Origin: a virus
Lineage: Duplodnaviria > Caudoviricetes
Direction: 5' to 3' (one strand)
DNA: 54,435 nt
IMG/VR virus record: IMGVR_UViG_3300048577_000441
Coordinates: 1-54,435 of that record
The translations under genes and the position numbers were made by a program. Each line of letters starts with the position of its first letter. The stretch's first letter is position 1. The notes below the pieces were generated by a model. That model was not told where the DNA came from. It ran no database searches and was given only the letters and a program-made list of their open reading frames with translations. Below, piece after piece: positions 8,093 through 17,155 of the stretch.

Positions 8093-8626
8093 TCAGGGGT
8101 AGCGAGGGAAGCGGATGATTGTGTCCCGTGCGGAGCTCAGCGAACGCTCCCGCCGAGCGCATAGCTCAAGGAGTGCGGAAGCCTGGTCCTCGGATATCTC
8201 GGGGCACGCGACCGCTTTGCGGAGAAAGGCGCACTCGCCCTCGTGCTCACGCGAGACGTCCTCATAGAGTTCCCACGAACTAAGGCGCATCGCCGAAAGA
8301 ACGGTCCTGTTCCACTGGGCCATGTCGACCACGCCGGGATGTAGCGCCGCGCGGCCGCCAGTGCTTACGAACATTGTTCGGCCGGCCATTGCGCCGTAAG
8401 CGTTCTTTGCATTTACCTCACCGCAGACCGTGCGGCGGTCGGCCGTGACCGAGATATCCGCAAATTCCGCCGAGCCGGGGTCTCTCAGTAGGCCGCGCAC
8501 GGCCGCTTTGGCCAAGCGGATAGCGTTGGGCTCAGTTCCGGGCATCAATCCAAGCATGTAGGCCCCGCTGGCGGCTATTGCCGCCACGAGCAATGCCGCC
8601 GCCAGTATGATCGGCCCGCGCCTCAT
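8093..8626 (-). CDS. Exported / membrane-anchored protein co-transcribed with cI
   Basis: N-terminal hydrophobic segment and 'LRDPGSAEF...VCGEVNAKNAYGAMAG' motif; ATGA overlap with the cI stop. Confidence 0.75.
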   Translation of the reverse strand: MRRGPIILAAALLVAAIAASGAYMLGLMPGTEPNAIRLAKAAVRGLLRDPGSAEFADISVTADRRTVCGEVNAKNAYGAMAGRTMFVSTGGRAALHPGVVDMAQWNRTVLSAMRLSSWELYEDVSREHEGECAFLRKAVACPEISEDQASALLELCARRERSLSSARDTIIRFPRYP

Positions 8627-9213
8627 CGCGGTGTCATGCTCTTTACGCGGGCGGCCCAGAGAACTTCTTGGTCAAATATGGGTTCTTCATTGTTGGACAG
8701 AAGATGAAAGTGGTGGGGCAGCGCAGCGGGCTTGATCTTCTTTACCAGTATTCGATCATCAGGAAGGCCGACGACGCAAAGGCGGCCAAACAGATCGGAC
8801 GTGACCGGGGATCGCACGTCGTCATAGTAGATGAGCCAACTTTCGAACAGTGGGCCCAAGCTGTCCCCGCGAACCTCCACGGCCACGGTTGCTGCGGTGG
8901 ACTCATGAGGCGCATCAACCTCCCCAAGGCCCCCGTCGCCAGCTGCGTAATAGTGGGCCTGAGCTCCAGCGCCCACGTAACCCACCAGAGGGACAGTTGG
9001 CGGGGGCGCCGCACTTTCGTCGCCAAACTCGAGCGCAGCCGGGTTGAACCCTAGGGCGACCGCAATGCGTTGGACGTCGTCCCTGGTCGGCTCGGTACGG
9101 CCACGCTCCCACGACGACACTGTCGTCTGCCCGGCCCCGACTTTCTCGCCGAGCTTCCCCTGCGACCATCCCGCCGCCCGGCGGGCCTTTGCAATGCGCT
9201 CGCCTATCCCCAT
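8623..9213 (-). CDS. cI: CI-like repressor (HTH_XRE + S24 autopeptidase)
   Basis: HTH 'IAKARRAAGWSQGKLG...TTVSSWERGRTEP', A-G site 'VGAG', catalytic 'VRGDS' and 'LVKK'. Confidence 0.9.
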   Translation of the reverse strand: MGIGERIAKARRAAGWSQGKLGEKVGAGQTTVSSWERGRTEPTRDDVQRIAVALGFNPAALEFGDESAAPPPTVPLVGYVGAGAQAHYYAAGDGGLGEVDAPHESTAATVAVEVRGDSLGPLFESWLIYYDDVRSPVTSDLFGRLCVVGLPDDRILVKKIKPAALPHHFHLLSNNEEPIFDQEVLWAARVKSMTPR

Positions 9214-9248
9214 GGCCGGAAGCTGCCAATCGACCGCATAGGGGTCGA

Positions 9249-9324
9249 ACGACAATTTGTGCTTGGCAGCAGCACAAAATGTGCTCACAATTTCAGGCAT
9301 GCGCACTCACCGACAAATCGTGCA
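9249..9324. promoter_or_regulatory. OR-like region: three 15-bp operators
   Basis: ACGACAATTTGTGCT (9249-9263), AGCACAAAATGTGCT (9271-9285), CCGACAAATCGTGCA (9310-9324). Confidence 0.78.
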
Positions 9325-9544
9325 GGAATTTGGTGCTGCCGCCCTCGTTAGGGCGCTGGCGGACCAGGGCCTAATCGTCCACCAGACCACGCCCCAGCGA
9401 TGGGCCGACCGGGATTCCATACCCGGGGAGTACTGGGGCCAGCTTGTCGAGCTGAAGGCTGCCACCCTGGAAGAGCTTGCCCAGGCGGCGGAGCGCAGGA
9501 GATTTCCGCCCCGGACGGGCCCGCCTGAGGCGATGGCCTCATGA
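9299..9544 (+). CDS. cro: Cro-like HTH protein
   Basis: Divergent from cI; 'IVQEFGAAALVRAL...TTPQRWADRDSIPGEYW'. Confidence 0.8.
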   Translation: MRTHRQIVQEFGAAALVRALADQGLIVHQTTPQRWADRDSIPGEYWGQLVELKAATLEELAQAAERRRFPPRTGPPEAMAS

Positions 9545-9854
9545 GCGCGCAGCCGAACAGACCGCAAGGGTGGGCCATCAGCGGCCGCGCCGTTGGTGTC
9601 GGACCAAAATCCATAAGGGCAGGGGGCGCAGCAGTAGCGCGTCGTCATCGCCCGTTCTCCGGGTCTCGTTGTTTGTTGCCCGCCAGGGTCACGGCGCGAG
9701 CCCGGGCTGTCAAGTCATGGCCCCAGCGAGGCGACCCCGGCTGACGGCGGTTGCGCACCGCCGCGGCAGAACGGCGGGCGCCCACAAGCACATCGAGAAC
9801 TCCGGCGTCGGCCCTTTTCGGCGCCTTCAGTCAACCACGGGGAAGGGGGGCGGC

Positions 9855-10532
9855 ATGGCCAGCCACCAGGACGGCGCCTCTGTCGGCGTCGGAGATGAAG
9901 CGCCGAACGGTCGCCATGGCGGCTGGACGGACGCGCGCGTCGCGCAGCTGAAGACGCTGTTCGCTGAAGGCCTGCCGCCGAGGGAGATCGCCCGGCGGCT
10001 GGGCGGCGTCAGCAAGAACGCCGTCATCGGCAAGTGCAATCGGATGGGGCGGAAGGCCAGCGACAACGCCCCGGCCCACGTCAAGGCCAAGCGAGGCCCT
10101 GCGCCCCGGGTCCCGGCGGCGAAGCCGGTGCGGCTGGTGCTGAACGCCAGCCAGAAGGCTTCGCCTGGCCAGAACCATGCCTGGCGGGCGGGGCCGAGCA
10201 CTGAGGCCAAGCCGTTGCCCGAGATGGGGCCGCAGGATCTTCCAGGCATGCGGCCGGCGCAGCTGCGGGATCTGAACAGCCGCCAGTGCCGCTGGCCGCT
10301 GTCGCTGACGCCGGACATCCCCGGGCGCATGGACGAGACGCTGTTCTGCGGCGCGCCGGCCCCCGGTCTGGGCCAGGATGAGCCGCCCTACTGCCCCGCC
10401 CACGCCCAGATGGCCCACCCCAAGGGCGGCCAGCAGGCCCGCGAGAACCTGGACCCCCGCCTGGGCATCGCCCCGGGTAAGGCGTCCTACAATTTCGACG
10501 ACCGGCGCGCCCCGCGCTTTGGGGGGCGGTGA
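9855..10532 (+). CDS. gcrA: GcrA-family cell-cycle regulator homologue
   Basis: 'WTDARVAQLKTLFAEGL..REIARRLGGVSKNAVIGKCNRMG' and C-terminal 'DLNSRQCRWP...FCG...PYCPAH'. Confidence 0.9.
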   Translation: MASHQDGASVGVGDEAPNGRHGGWTDARVAQLKTLFAEGLPPREIARRLGGVSKNAVIGKCNRMGRKASDNAPAHVKAKRGPAPRVPAAKPVRLVLNASQKASPGQNHAWRAGPSTEAKPLPEMGPQDLPGMRPAQLRDLNSRQCRWPLSLTPDIPGRMDETLFCGAPAPGLGQDEPPYCPAHAQMAHPKGGQQARENLDPRLGIAPGKASYNFDDRRAPRFGGR

Positions 10533-12469
10533 TCATGCCGCCGATCATGGGTGCGCCCCTGGCGCAAGCCGAGCTGATCGTGGACCTGTTCGCCGGTGGT
10601 GGCGGGGCCTCAACGGCCATCCTGAACGCCACCGGGCGTCATCCGGACGTGGCGGTGAACCACAACCCTACGGCCATCGGGGTGCATGAGGCCAATCACC
10701 CGACGACGCGGCACTACACCTGCGACGTGCGCGAGGTGGACCCGGTGGAGGCCTGCACCTTCGGCGGCGCGCTGCGCCCGGTCGGCCTGCTGTGGATGAG
10801 CCCGGACTGCACGCACTTCTCCAAGGCCCGCGGCGGCAAGCCGGTCGAGAAGGGCATCCGCAGCCTGGCCGATGTGGGCCTGATCTGGGCCGAAAAGGTC
10901 CGGCCGCGTCTGATCCACCTGGAGAATGTCGAGGAGTTCCAGGACTGGGGACCGGTGCTGGAGGACGGCAAGCCGTGCCCCGACCGCAAGGGCCTGGATT
11001 TCCGCCGCTGGGTGTCGCGCCTGGAGGCCCTGGGCTACCTGGTCGAGTGGCGGGAGCTGACGGCGGCCGACTATGGGGCGCCGACGACGCGCAAGCGCCT
11101 CTTCCTGATCGCCCGCAATGATGGCGAGCCGATCGTCTGGCCGGCGCCGACCCACGCCAGTCGAGCGACCCTGGCCAAGGGCGACCTCTTCGGCCGCGAC
11201 CTCAAGCCCTGGCGGTCGGCCGCCGAGATCCTGGACTGGTCGATCTCGACGCCGTCGATCTTCGACCGCAAGAAGGCCCTGGCCGACAAGACCCTGGCCC
11301 GGATCGCCAAGGGCGTCCGCCGCTTCGTGATCGAAAGCCCCGCGCCGTTCATCGTGCCGGTCACCCACGGCGGCGAGCGGCCGATCCATGACCTGGACGA
11401 TCCGCTGCGGACCGTCACCGGGGCGAACCGGGGGGAGCTGGCGCTTGCCAGCCCGCACCTGACGACGATCACCCATGGGACCAGTCCCGCCCGGGTCCAC
11501 GATCCCCGCGAGCCGCTGAAAACGGTGACGACGGCCAATCGCGGTGAGTTTTCGGTGATCGCCCCGACCCTGGTTCCCCGGTATGGCGAGCGCGAAGGCC
11601 AGGAGCCGCGGGCCCTGGACGCCGCCGAGCCCTATCCGACGGTGGTGCCGACCGGCAATGGCGGGGACCTGGCCGCCGTCTTCTTGCAGAAGATGAACCA
11701 GAACGGCGTCGGCGCCTCGCCAGACGATCCGCTGGTGACCGTCATGGCCGGCGCGCCTCGGCACTATGAGGTGGCGGCCTATCTCACCCGGCAGTTCGGC
11801 TCGACGGTGAGCGGCCGCAGCCTGGACGAGCCGGCGCCGACAGTGATGACGGACGGCGATGGCGGCAAGACCGGCGTCGTCGCCGCGTGCATCGACAAGT
11901 ATTACGCCACGGGCGTTCCCAGCGACCCCGCCGAGCCCCTGGACACCGCCACGGCCAAGGCCCGTTTCGGCCTGAACGCCGCCTTCCTGGAGCAGGCGAA
12001 CACCGGCGTCGTCGGCCATGCCGCGACCGAGCCGGTCTCAACCATCCTGGCGGCGGGCAGTCATCAGCGCCAGGTGGACGTCCGCCTCGAGGCGGTGGAG
12101 GCCCACGCCGGCCGCCGGCGCCGGCAAGTGCTGGAGTTCCTGTTCCACCACTTCGGCGAGCCGACCGAGAGCGAGTGGGCCGATCCGGTGGCTACACCCA
12201 CGGGCCGCCTGCGGTTCGGGTTGGTGATCCTAGCCGGGGCCGTCTGGCAGATCGCCGACATCGGCATGCGGATGCTGGTCCCGCGGGAATTGTTCAATGC
12301 TCAGGGATTTCCTGCGGATTACATCATCGACCGCACGGCCGCGGGCGAGGCCGTCACCAAGACCGCCCAGACCAGCATGGCCGGCAACAGCGTCAGCCCG
12401 CCGCCAGCCGAGGCGACGCTGCGGGCGAACCTGACCTGGATGACGCTGCCGGAGCGGAGGGCCGCATGA
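10529..12469 (+). CDS. DNA cytosine-C5 methyltransferase with repetitive central insert
   Basis: DLFAGGGG, SPDC, ENV, TxRKR and C-terminal GNSV motifs. Confidence 0.92.
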   Translation: MIMPPIMGAPLAQAELIVDLFAGGGGASTAILNATGRHPDVAVNHNPTAIGVHEANHPTTRHYTCDVREVDPVEACTFGGALRPVGLLWMSPDCTHFSKARGGKPVEKGIRSLADVGLIWAEKVRPRLIHLENVEEFQDWGPVLEDGKPCPDRKGLDFRRWVSRLEALGYLVEWRELTAADYGAPTTRKRLFLIARNDGEPIVWPAPTHASRATLAKGDLFGRDLKPWRSAAEILDWSISTPSIFDRKKALADKTLARIAKGVRRFVIESPAPFIVPVTHGGERPIHDLDDPLRTVTGANRGELALASPHLTTITHGTSPARVHDPREPLKTVTTANRGEFSVIAPTLVPRYGEREGQEPRALDAAEPYPTVVPTGNGGDLAAVFLQKMNQNGVGASPDDPLVTVMAGAPRHYEVAAYLTRQFGSTVSGRSLDEPAPTVMTDGDGGKTGVVAACIDKYYATGVPSDPAEPLDTATAKARFGLNAAFLEQANTGVVGHAATEPVSTILAAGSHQRQVDVRLEAVEAHAGRRRRQVLEFLFHHFGEPTESEWADPVATPTGRLRFGLVILAGAVWQIADIGMRMLVPRELFNAQGFPADYIIDRTAAGEAVTKTAQTSMAGNSVSPPPAEATLRANLTWMTLPERRAA

Positions 12470-12708
12470 TTGGCCCGGCCTGGACCATCCCTGTGGAGCT
12501 GGTGCGGGGTCTGCTGCCGCCGGACGGCGTGGCCGAGTGGCTGCGGCTGTCGGTGAAGCAGTTCGTGCGCTTCCGGCCCCATGCGGTGGTGGTGCTGCGC
12601 GAGGGCCTGTTCGTGGCGGTGGTCACCTATGAGGTGCCCGGCCGCGGCGGCCATGTGGAGACCTCGGCCTTCCCCCTTGTCTGTCCTGCCCAGGAGAACC
12701 GGACATGA
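12466..12708 (+). CDS. Hypothetical phage protein
   Basis: ATGA overlaps at both ends. Confidence 0.6.
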   Translation: MIGPAWTIPVELVRGLLPPDGVAEWLRLSVKQFVRFRPHAVVVLREGLFVAVVTYEVPGRGGHVETSAFPLVCPAQENRT

Positions 12709-13040
12709 AGCCGGAGCAGCTCGATCTGCTGTCCTATCCCCATGCGCCCGGGTCGAAGGGCGGTGAGACGTCCCGCGCGGCGGCTGAGGGTATCGCGCCG
12801 CGGGTGGACGGCCTGCGCGGCCAGGTGCTGGCGGCCATCCGCCAGAGGCCGGGCACGCCCGAGCAGCTGGCGCACCGGATCGGCGAGCCGCTGATGAATG
12901 TGCGCCCCCGGTGCTCGGAGCTGAAGGCCAAGGGCCTGATCCGCGACTCCGGCCGCCGGGCCACGGCCATGGGCGGCCGCCGGGCGGTGGTCTGGGAGGC
13001 GGTTCCTGATCCCGCCGCCCACGGGGAGGCGTCGCAGTGA
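12705..13040 (+). CDS. Winged-helix hypothetical protein
   Basis: 'TSRAAA...TPEQLAHRIG...NVRPRCSELKAKGLIRDSG.R...GRRAVVW'. Confidence 0.7.
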   Translation: MKPEQLDLLSYPHAPGSKGGETSRAAAEGIAPRVDGLRGQVLAAIRQRPGTPEQLAHRIGEPLMNVRPRCSELKAKGLIRDSGRRATAMGGRRAVVWEAVPDPAAHGEASQ

Positions 13041-13480
13041 AGGTCGAAGAGTATCGCGCCCTGCAGGCGCAGAAGCCCCGACGCAATGACGATCCCGAGC
13101 ACCAGTTTCAGTGCGCGGTGGTACTCGGGCTGCACGAGGTGCTGCCGCCGCAGGTGCGCTGGACAGCCAACGCCGCCGGCGTGCGGGTGACCCCGGCCAC
13201 AGCGCGGAAGATGAAGGAGGCCGGCGTTCAGCGCGGCTGGGGCGATCTGCAGTTCCTCTTCCCCGACCTGATCACCCGCTACATCGAGTTGAAGCGCGGC
13301 GCCGTGCTCAGCGCCGAACAGAAGGGCTTCCGGGCGGCCTTCGAGCCCATGGGAATCTGGGCCATCGCCCGGACCTGGGACGAGGTGGAGGAGCCGCTCG
13401 CCCGGTGGTGCGAGGCCTGCCGCCTGGTCCTTCGCCCCCTGCATCCCATCACCCGCCAGCGTCTGAGGGCCTTCGCATGA
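13037..13480 (+). CDS. VRR-NUC-like PD-(D/E)xK nuclease
   Basis: 'EHQFQ...GVQRGWGDLQF...YIELK..AVLSAEQKGF'. Confidence 0.8.
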   Translation: MKVEEYRALQAQKPRRNDDPEHQFQCAVVLGLHEVLPPQVRWTANAAGVRVTPATARKMKEAGVQRGWGDLQFLFPDLITRYIELKRGAVLSAEQKGFRAAFEPMGIWAIARTWDEVEEPLARWCEACRLVLRPLHPITRQRLRAFA

Positions 13481-14127
13481 TGGACCTGAGACTCATGCGG
13501 CAGGCGGGTGGCTACAGGGTGATCTACGCAGACCCAGCGTGGCGTCATGTGACCCGCTCGCCGAAGGGGGTGACCCGACGCGCCCCGGCGCAGCACTACC
13601 CGACCATGCCGCTGGCGGACATTTGCGACCTGCCTGTGAGCGAGGTCGCAGCGCGGGACTGTCACCTCTTTCTTTGGACCACAGGCCCGCACCTCCAGCA
13701 GGCTTTCCGGGTCATAGATGCTTGGGGTTTCAGATACTCGAGCATCGGCTTTCTCTGGGCCAAGCTGAACCCCGCCGCCTCGGGGGCGATGTTCCTGACG
13801 GACGCCGATTTCCACGTCGGCATGGGCTACACGACCCGCAAGAATACCGAGATCTGCCTGTTGGCTCGGCGGGGCAACCCGAAGCGTAAAAGCAAGAGCG
13901 TGCGCGAGCTTATCCTGGCCGCGCGTCGTGAGCACTCACGCAAGCCGGATCAAGCCCGGGAGCGGATCGAGGCCTATTCGGACGGCCCATATCTGGAAAT
14001 GTTCGCCCGGCAGTCATCGCCCGGCTGGGATTACTGGGGTCTAGAGGCCGGGAAGTTCGACGAGCCGGCTGGCGGCGACGTCACCGGCACCCTGTGCAGG
14101 CCCACGTCTCTCGGGGGCCGCCCATGA
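13477..14127 (+). CDS. MT-A70 family adenine methyltransferase
   Basis: 'YRVIYADPAW...HYPTM...LFLWTT...WGFRY...GMGYTTRKNTE...REHSRKP...LEMFAR'. Confidence 0.9.
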   Translation: MMDLRLMRQAGGYRVIYADPAWRHVTRSPKGVTRRAPAQHYPTMPLADICDLPVSEVAARDCHLFLWTTGPHLQQAFRVIDAWGFRYSSIGFLWAKLNPAASGAMFLTDADFHVGMGYTTRKNTEICLLARRGNPKRKSKSVRELILAARREHSRKPDQARERIEAYSDGPYLEMFARQSSPGWDYWGLEAGKFDEPAGGDVTGTLCRPTSLGGRP

Positions 14128-14396
14128 CGGTCCATGTCGAGGTTCTGTCCCTCTGGCGGGGCGTGCTGCGTCAGCGGTGCACCCTGGCCGAGCTCGCCCG
14201 GGGCGGCGGCTATGATGTCGCGGAGCTGCGCGCGCAGTTCGGCCCTGCCGCCCAGCGGAGGCGCTACCACGAGTTCGTCGCTGAGGCGGTTGAGGCGGGC
14301 CACGCGCTGACCGATATCGCCCGGTTTTTGCGCCGAGAGCGCACCACGATCTGGAAAGCAATCCAACGCTTCTCCGCACAACAGGTGTCGAAATGA
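14124..14396 (+). CDS. Small HTH protein (DnaA C-terminal-like)
   Basis: 'GHALTDIARFLRRERTTIWKAI'. Confidence 0.6.
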   Translation: MTVHVEVLSLWRGVLRQRCTLAELARGGGYDVAELRAQFGPAAQRRRYHEFVAEAVEAGHALTDIARFLRRERTTIWKAIQRFSAQQVSK

Positions 14397-14424
14397 GCAG
14401 CTTAGCGCCCTATCCGGTGGCCCC

Positions 14425-15396
14425 ATGAGCGGTGGTCCTTGGAGCAAGTTCTTCTGGGCGGACTGGGAGAGCGATGAAGCCCTGAAGCTCTGCTCGCCGG
14501 GTGCGCAGGCGCTCTGGATGCGGATGCTGTGCGTCTGTTCGAAGGCGGACGGCTATCTGACGATCGCGGGCGAGAAGCTGGACGCGGACGCCATGGTGGT
14601 CCTGACCGGTTGGCCGCCCAGCGACGTGCGCGCCTGGTGGGATGAGCTGAAGCGCTGGCGGGTCTTTTCCATCGAAGGCCGCGGGAAAGTCTACTGTAGA
14701 CGCATGGTTCGCGAGGCGAAAAAGGCCGAAACCGCGCGTCAAAACGGACAATTGGGCGGCAATCCAAACCTTGGAAATCATTCAGTAAATCGCGCGTCGG
14801 TTAACCCCCGGCCAACCCAGCGACCAACCAAGAGGCCAACCCAGCGCCCTGGTATAAGCCAGAAGCCAGAAGCTAGATATATCCCCCCATCCCCCCTTGA
14901 GGGGGGTGCGAACGCTGAGGATCGACTAGTCTTCGAGAAGGCCCTGGCGGCCTATCCCGCCGCCGGCCGAGTGGCCACCAAGCCGGACGAGGCCTGGGCC
15001 GAATGGCTGGCGGCGGTGGCCGAAGTCGACGGCGATGAGCGGCGGCTGGTCGCTGCCGTCGAGACCCTGGCCGGCTCCCGGGAAGCCCAGCTCGGCGATG
15101 GCAAGCGCGTCCCGTCGATGCAGCGGTTCCTGCGGGAGGGCCGGTGGAAGGCCTTCGCGCCGGTGGTCCATCCACGATGGTCAGGACCGCCGGAGGTCCG
15201 GGCGCAGGTCGCCGCGGCGCACGGCGAGGAGTTCGCCGCCAACGTCCTGGACGCTTGCTGCGCCTTTCGCCACCTGCCGACGCCGGCGGTGACCTGCCGG
15301 TCGGGCTGGGCGCATCAGAAGCTGACCCGCCAGTGTCGTTCGATCTTCCAGAAGGCCGGGATCGACATCGTCCAGATCACGACGGCCGCGGCATGA
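14425..15396 (+). CDS. Phage replication initiator (replisome organiser-like)
   Basis: 'PWSKFFWADW.SD..LKLCS..AQALWMRMLC...YCRRMVRE...NGQLGGNP'; internal repeats; position in the early-right operon. Confidence 0.7.
   Translation: MSGGPWSKFFWADWESDEALKLCSPGAQALWMRMLCVCSKADGYLTIAGEKLDADAMVVLTGWPPSDVRAWWDELKRWRVFSIEGRGKVYCRRMVREAKKAETARQNGQLGGNPNLGNHSVNRASVNPRPTQRPTKRPTQRPGISQKPEARYIPPSPLEGGANAEDRLVFEKALAAYPAAGRVATKPDEAWAEWLAAVAEVDGDERRLVAAVETLAGSREAQLGDGKRVPSMQRFLREGRWKAFAPVVHPRWSGPPEVRAQVAAAHGEEFAANVLDACCAFRHLPTPAVTCRSGWAHQKLTRQCRSIFQKAGIDIVQITTAAA
14809..14878. repeat. Iteron-like repeats inside the initiator gene (putative ori)
   Basis: CGGCCAACCCAG / CGACCAACCAAG / AGGCCAACCCAG in tandem (14809-14844), then AAGCCAG x2 + AAGCTAG, next to an A-rich tract at ~14740-14800. 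Confidence 0.6.
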
Positions 15397-15439
15397 GCCC
15401 GGCCCGCGTCCATCCTTTCAGCCGTTCGGGGGAACCGTC

Positions 15440-16315
15440 ATGAGCGCCGCGCGACCAGCCGCCGCCGTCAAGTCCGGGATGTTCAAGCCAGGCTATGAGG
15501 GGGTGACGCCATCCTCGCGCCTGTCGCCGGTGGAGGTGGCCCAGTTCGAGGCCCGCAAGGACGCCCTGGTGGCCCGCCTGACGGACGCCATGCTGACCCT
15601 GTCGGTACTCGAAGCCGACGATCCCAGCGGCAAGGGTTCGGCCTGGCCCGCCTATGTCCGGGAGTTCGGCGACCTGACGGGGCGGGACGAGGAGTCCCTG
15701 CGGGAGGCCGAGACGCGCCCGGCGCGGTTTGCGGCCAAGCCGCACCATCTGGAGTCGCTGCTGCCCACCCTGGCCCTGCTGGACGGGCTGCGCCCGGTCT
15801 ATCTGAAGGTGCTCTTCCTGCGGGCCATCGGGTCCTATTACGGGGGCTTCTCATTCCCGGCCATTGGCGACCGGTTCGGCAAGACCGGGGAGTGGGCGCG
15901 TCACACCTATGAGGCGGTGGTGATCCAGGCCGCCCGCCGCGACGGCCTGCTGGCGCCGGAGCCGGCCGGCTGGGCGGTGCTGGTGACCGGGGTGCGGAGC
16001 GGCGGCTGGCGGTCCTACGTCACCACGGCGCGCGACCCCCACATGCAGCTGCGGGACCTGAAGGCGAAGAGCCCGCTCTTCCTGGATGACGCCTTTGCGC
16101 TTTGGACCGCCGGCCAGCCCCTGGCCCAGCGCCTGGCCAAACAGGCTCGGGTGCATCTGCTGGGGCGGGCGACGCACGGGTCCTGGCATCGGATCAGCCC
16201 GGATGACATGGCCGATCTGCTGGTCACCGAGGCCCGCAAGATCCGCGCGGAATGGTCCATCGAGAACCTACCGCTGGGCAGGCCCGTGGCGGCCGCGTCG
16301 GAGGAGGTCGCTTAG
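15440..16315 (+). CDS. Putative late transcription regulator (DUF6362/Q-like) with degenerate GIY-YIG-like C-terminal domain
   Basis: Last early gene before terS; 'SAWPAYVRE...LFLRA...SFPAIGDRFGKTGEWAR' HTH. Confidence 0.6.
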   Translation: MSAARPAAAVKSGMFKPGYEGVTPSSRLSPVEVAQFEARKDALVARLTDAMLTLSVLEADDPSGKGSAWPAYVREFGDLTGRDEESLREAETRPARFAAKPHHLESLLPTLALLDGLRPVYLKVLFLRAIGSYYGGFSFPAIGDRFGKTGEWARHTYEAVVIQAARRDGLLAPEPAGWAVLVTGVRSGGWRSYVTTARDPHMQLRDLKAKSPLFLDDAFALWTAGQPLAQRLAKQARVHLLGRATHGSWHRISPDDMADLLVTEARKIRAEWSIENLPLGRPVAAASEEVA

Positions 16316-16319
16316 GCGA

Positions 16320-16395
16320 CGGAAAAAAGTGGCGGCGTACTACTTGACCAATATGCGTATTACATGGTGTCTTTTGCATAACGTGGCGATACGCG
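16320..16395 (+). promoter_or_regulatory. Probable late promoter
   Basis: AT-rich intergenic tract with TTGACC (16344-16349) upstream of terS; the -10 element is uncertain. Confidence 0.5.
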
Positions 16396-16429
16396 CGTCC
16401 GGACGATCCGGAAGCTAGGCGACGCCGCG

Positions 16430-17155
16430 ATGAGCGCCCCCCACCATCCCCCTTCTGGCCGGATCACCGCCGCCGAGTACGGCCGGCGGAACAATATCGG
16501 CAAGAGCGGCATGAGCCGCCTGATCAAGGATGGCCTGCCCTTCGTCGAGGGGCAGGACGCGGACGGGCGCAAATGCAAGTTCGTCGATCCTGACGAGGCC
16601 GACCGCTGGCGGGCGACCCACTGCACGCCGAAGCTGTTCGCCGCCCAGGGGGTGTTGCGGGGGGTTCCGAACCTCACTGCGCAGGCCGCGGGTCGGTCGA
16701 CATCCCGAGATGGGCGCGCGCCCACCTCGCCGCCGCCCGGCCGGACGGCCCGGCGCCCCACCGCCGATAGGCCGGGCGGCGGCGAGGACACCGGACCTGG
16801 CGAAGACGACGCCCTGAGCGTCGCCCTGCGGATTCAGGACGCCCGGGCGAGGCGGGAGGAGATCATCACCGCCACCCAGGCGCTTCGTCTCGAAGCGTTG
16901 GAGGGCAAGCTTCTGGACCGGGTGGCGGCGCTGACGGCGCACGAGCGTTTCGTGGGCCAGGTCGCCGTGCTGATCGACCGGATGGCCGCCGACCATGCCA
17001 GCCGCATCGCCTCGAAGCTGGGCTGCAGCGAACACGCGGCCTTTGTGGTCCTGCGGGACATGGGCGACCGACTGAGAGGGGACCTGGCCGCCTATGCCGA
17101 GCGGGAGCTTGAACGGCTCGTCCCCGACGACGGGCGAGAGCCCAGCGCCGCGTAG
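16430..17155 (+). CDS. Terminase small subunit (Nu1-like)
   Basis: N-terminal wHTH 'ITAAEYGRR..IGKSGMSRLIKDGLP', coiled coil 'LEALEGKLLDR'; precedes terL. Confidence 0.78.
   Translation: MSAPHHPPSGRITAAEYGRRNNIGKSGMSRLIKDGLPFVEGQDADGRKCKFVDPDEADRWRATHCTPKLFAAQGVLRGVPNLTAQAAGRSTSRDGRAPTSPPPGRTARRPTADRPGGGEDTGPGEDDALSVALRIQDARARREEIITATQALRLEALEGKLLDRVAALTAHERFVGQVAVLIDRMAADHASRIASKLGCSEHAAFVVLRDMGDRLRGDLAAYAERELERLVPDDGREPSAA

Noticed and set aside
9541-9854. CII-like gene between cro and gcrA
   Set aside because: Only a 67-aa ORF with no recognisable motif; coding status unsupported
15830-16184. GGGTCCT (cosQ-like) heptamers at 15830 and 16178, nearer to terS
   Set aside because: Both lie inside a coding sequence and lack a correctly spaced cosN-like dyad; the 53744 copy fits much better
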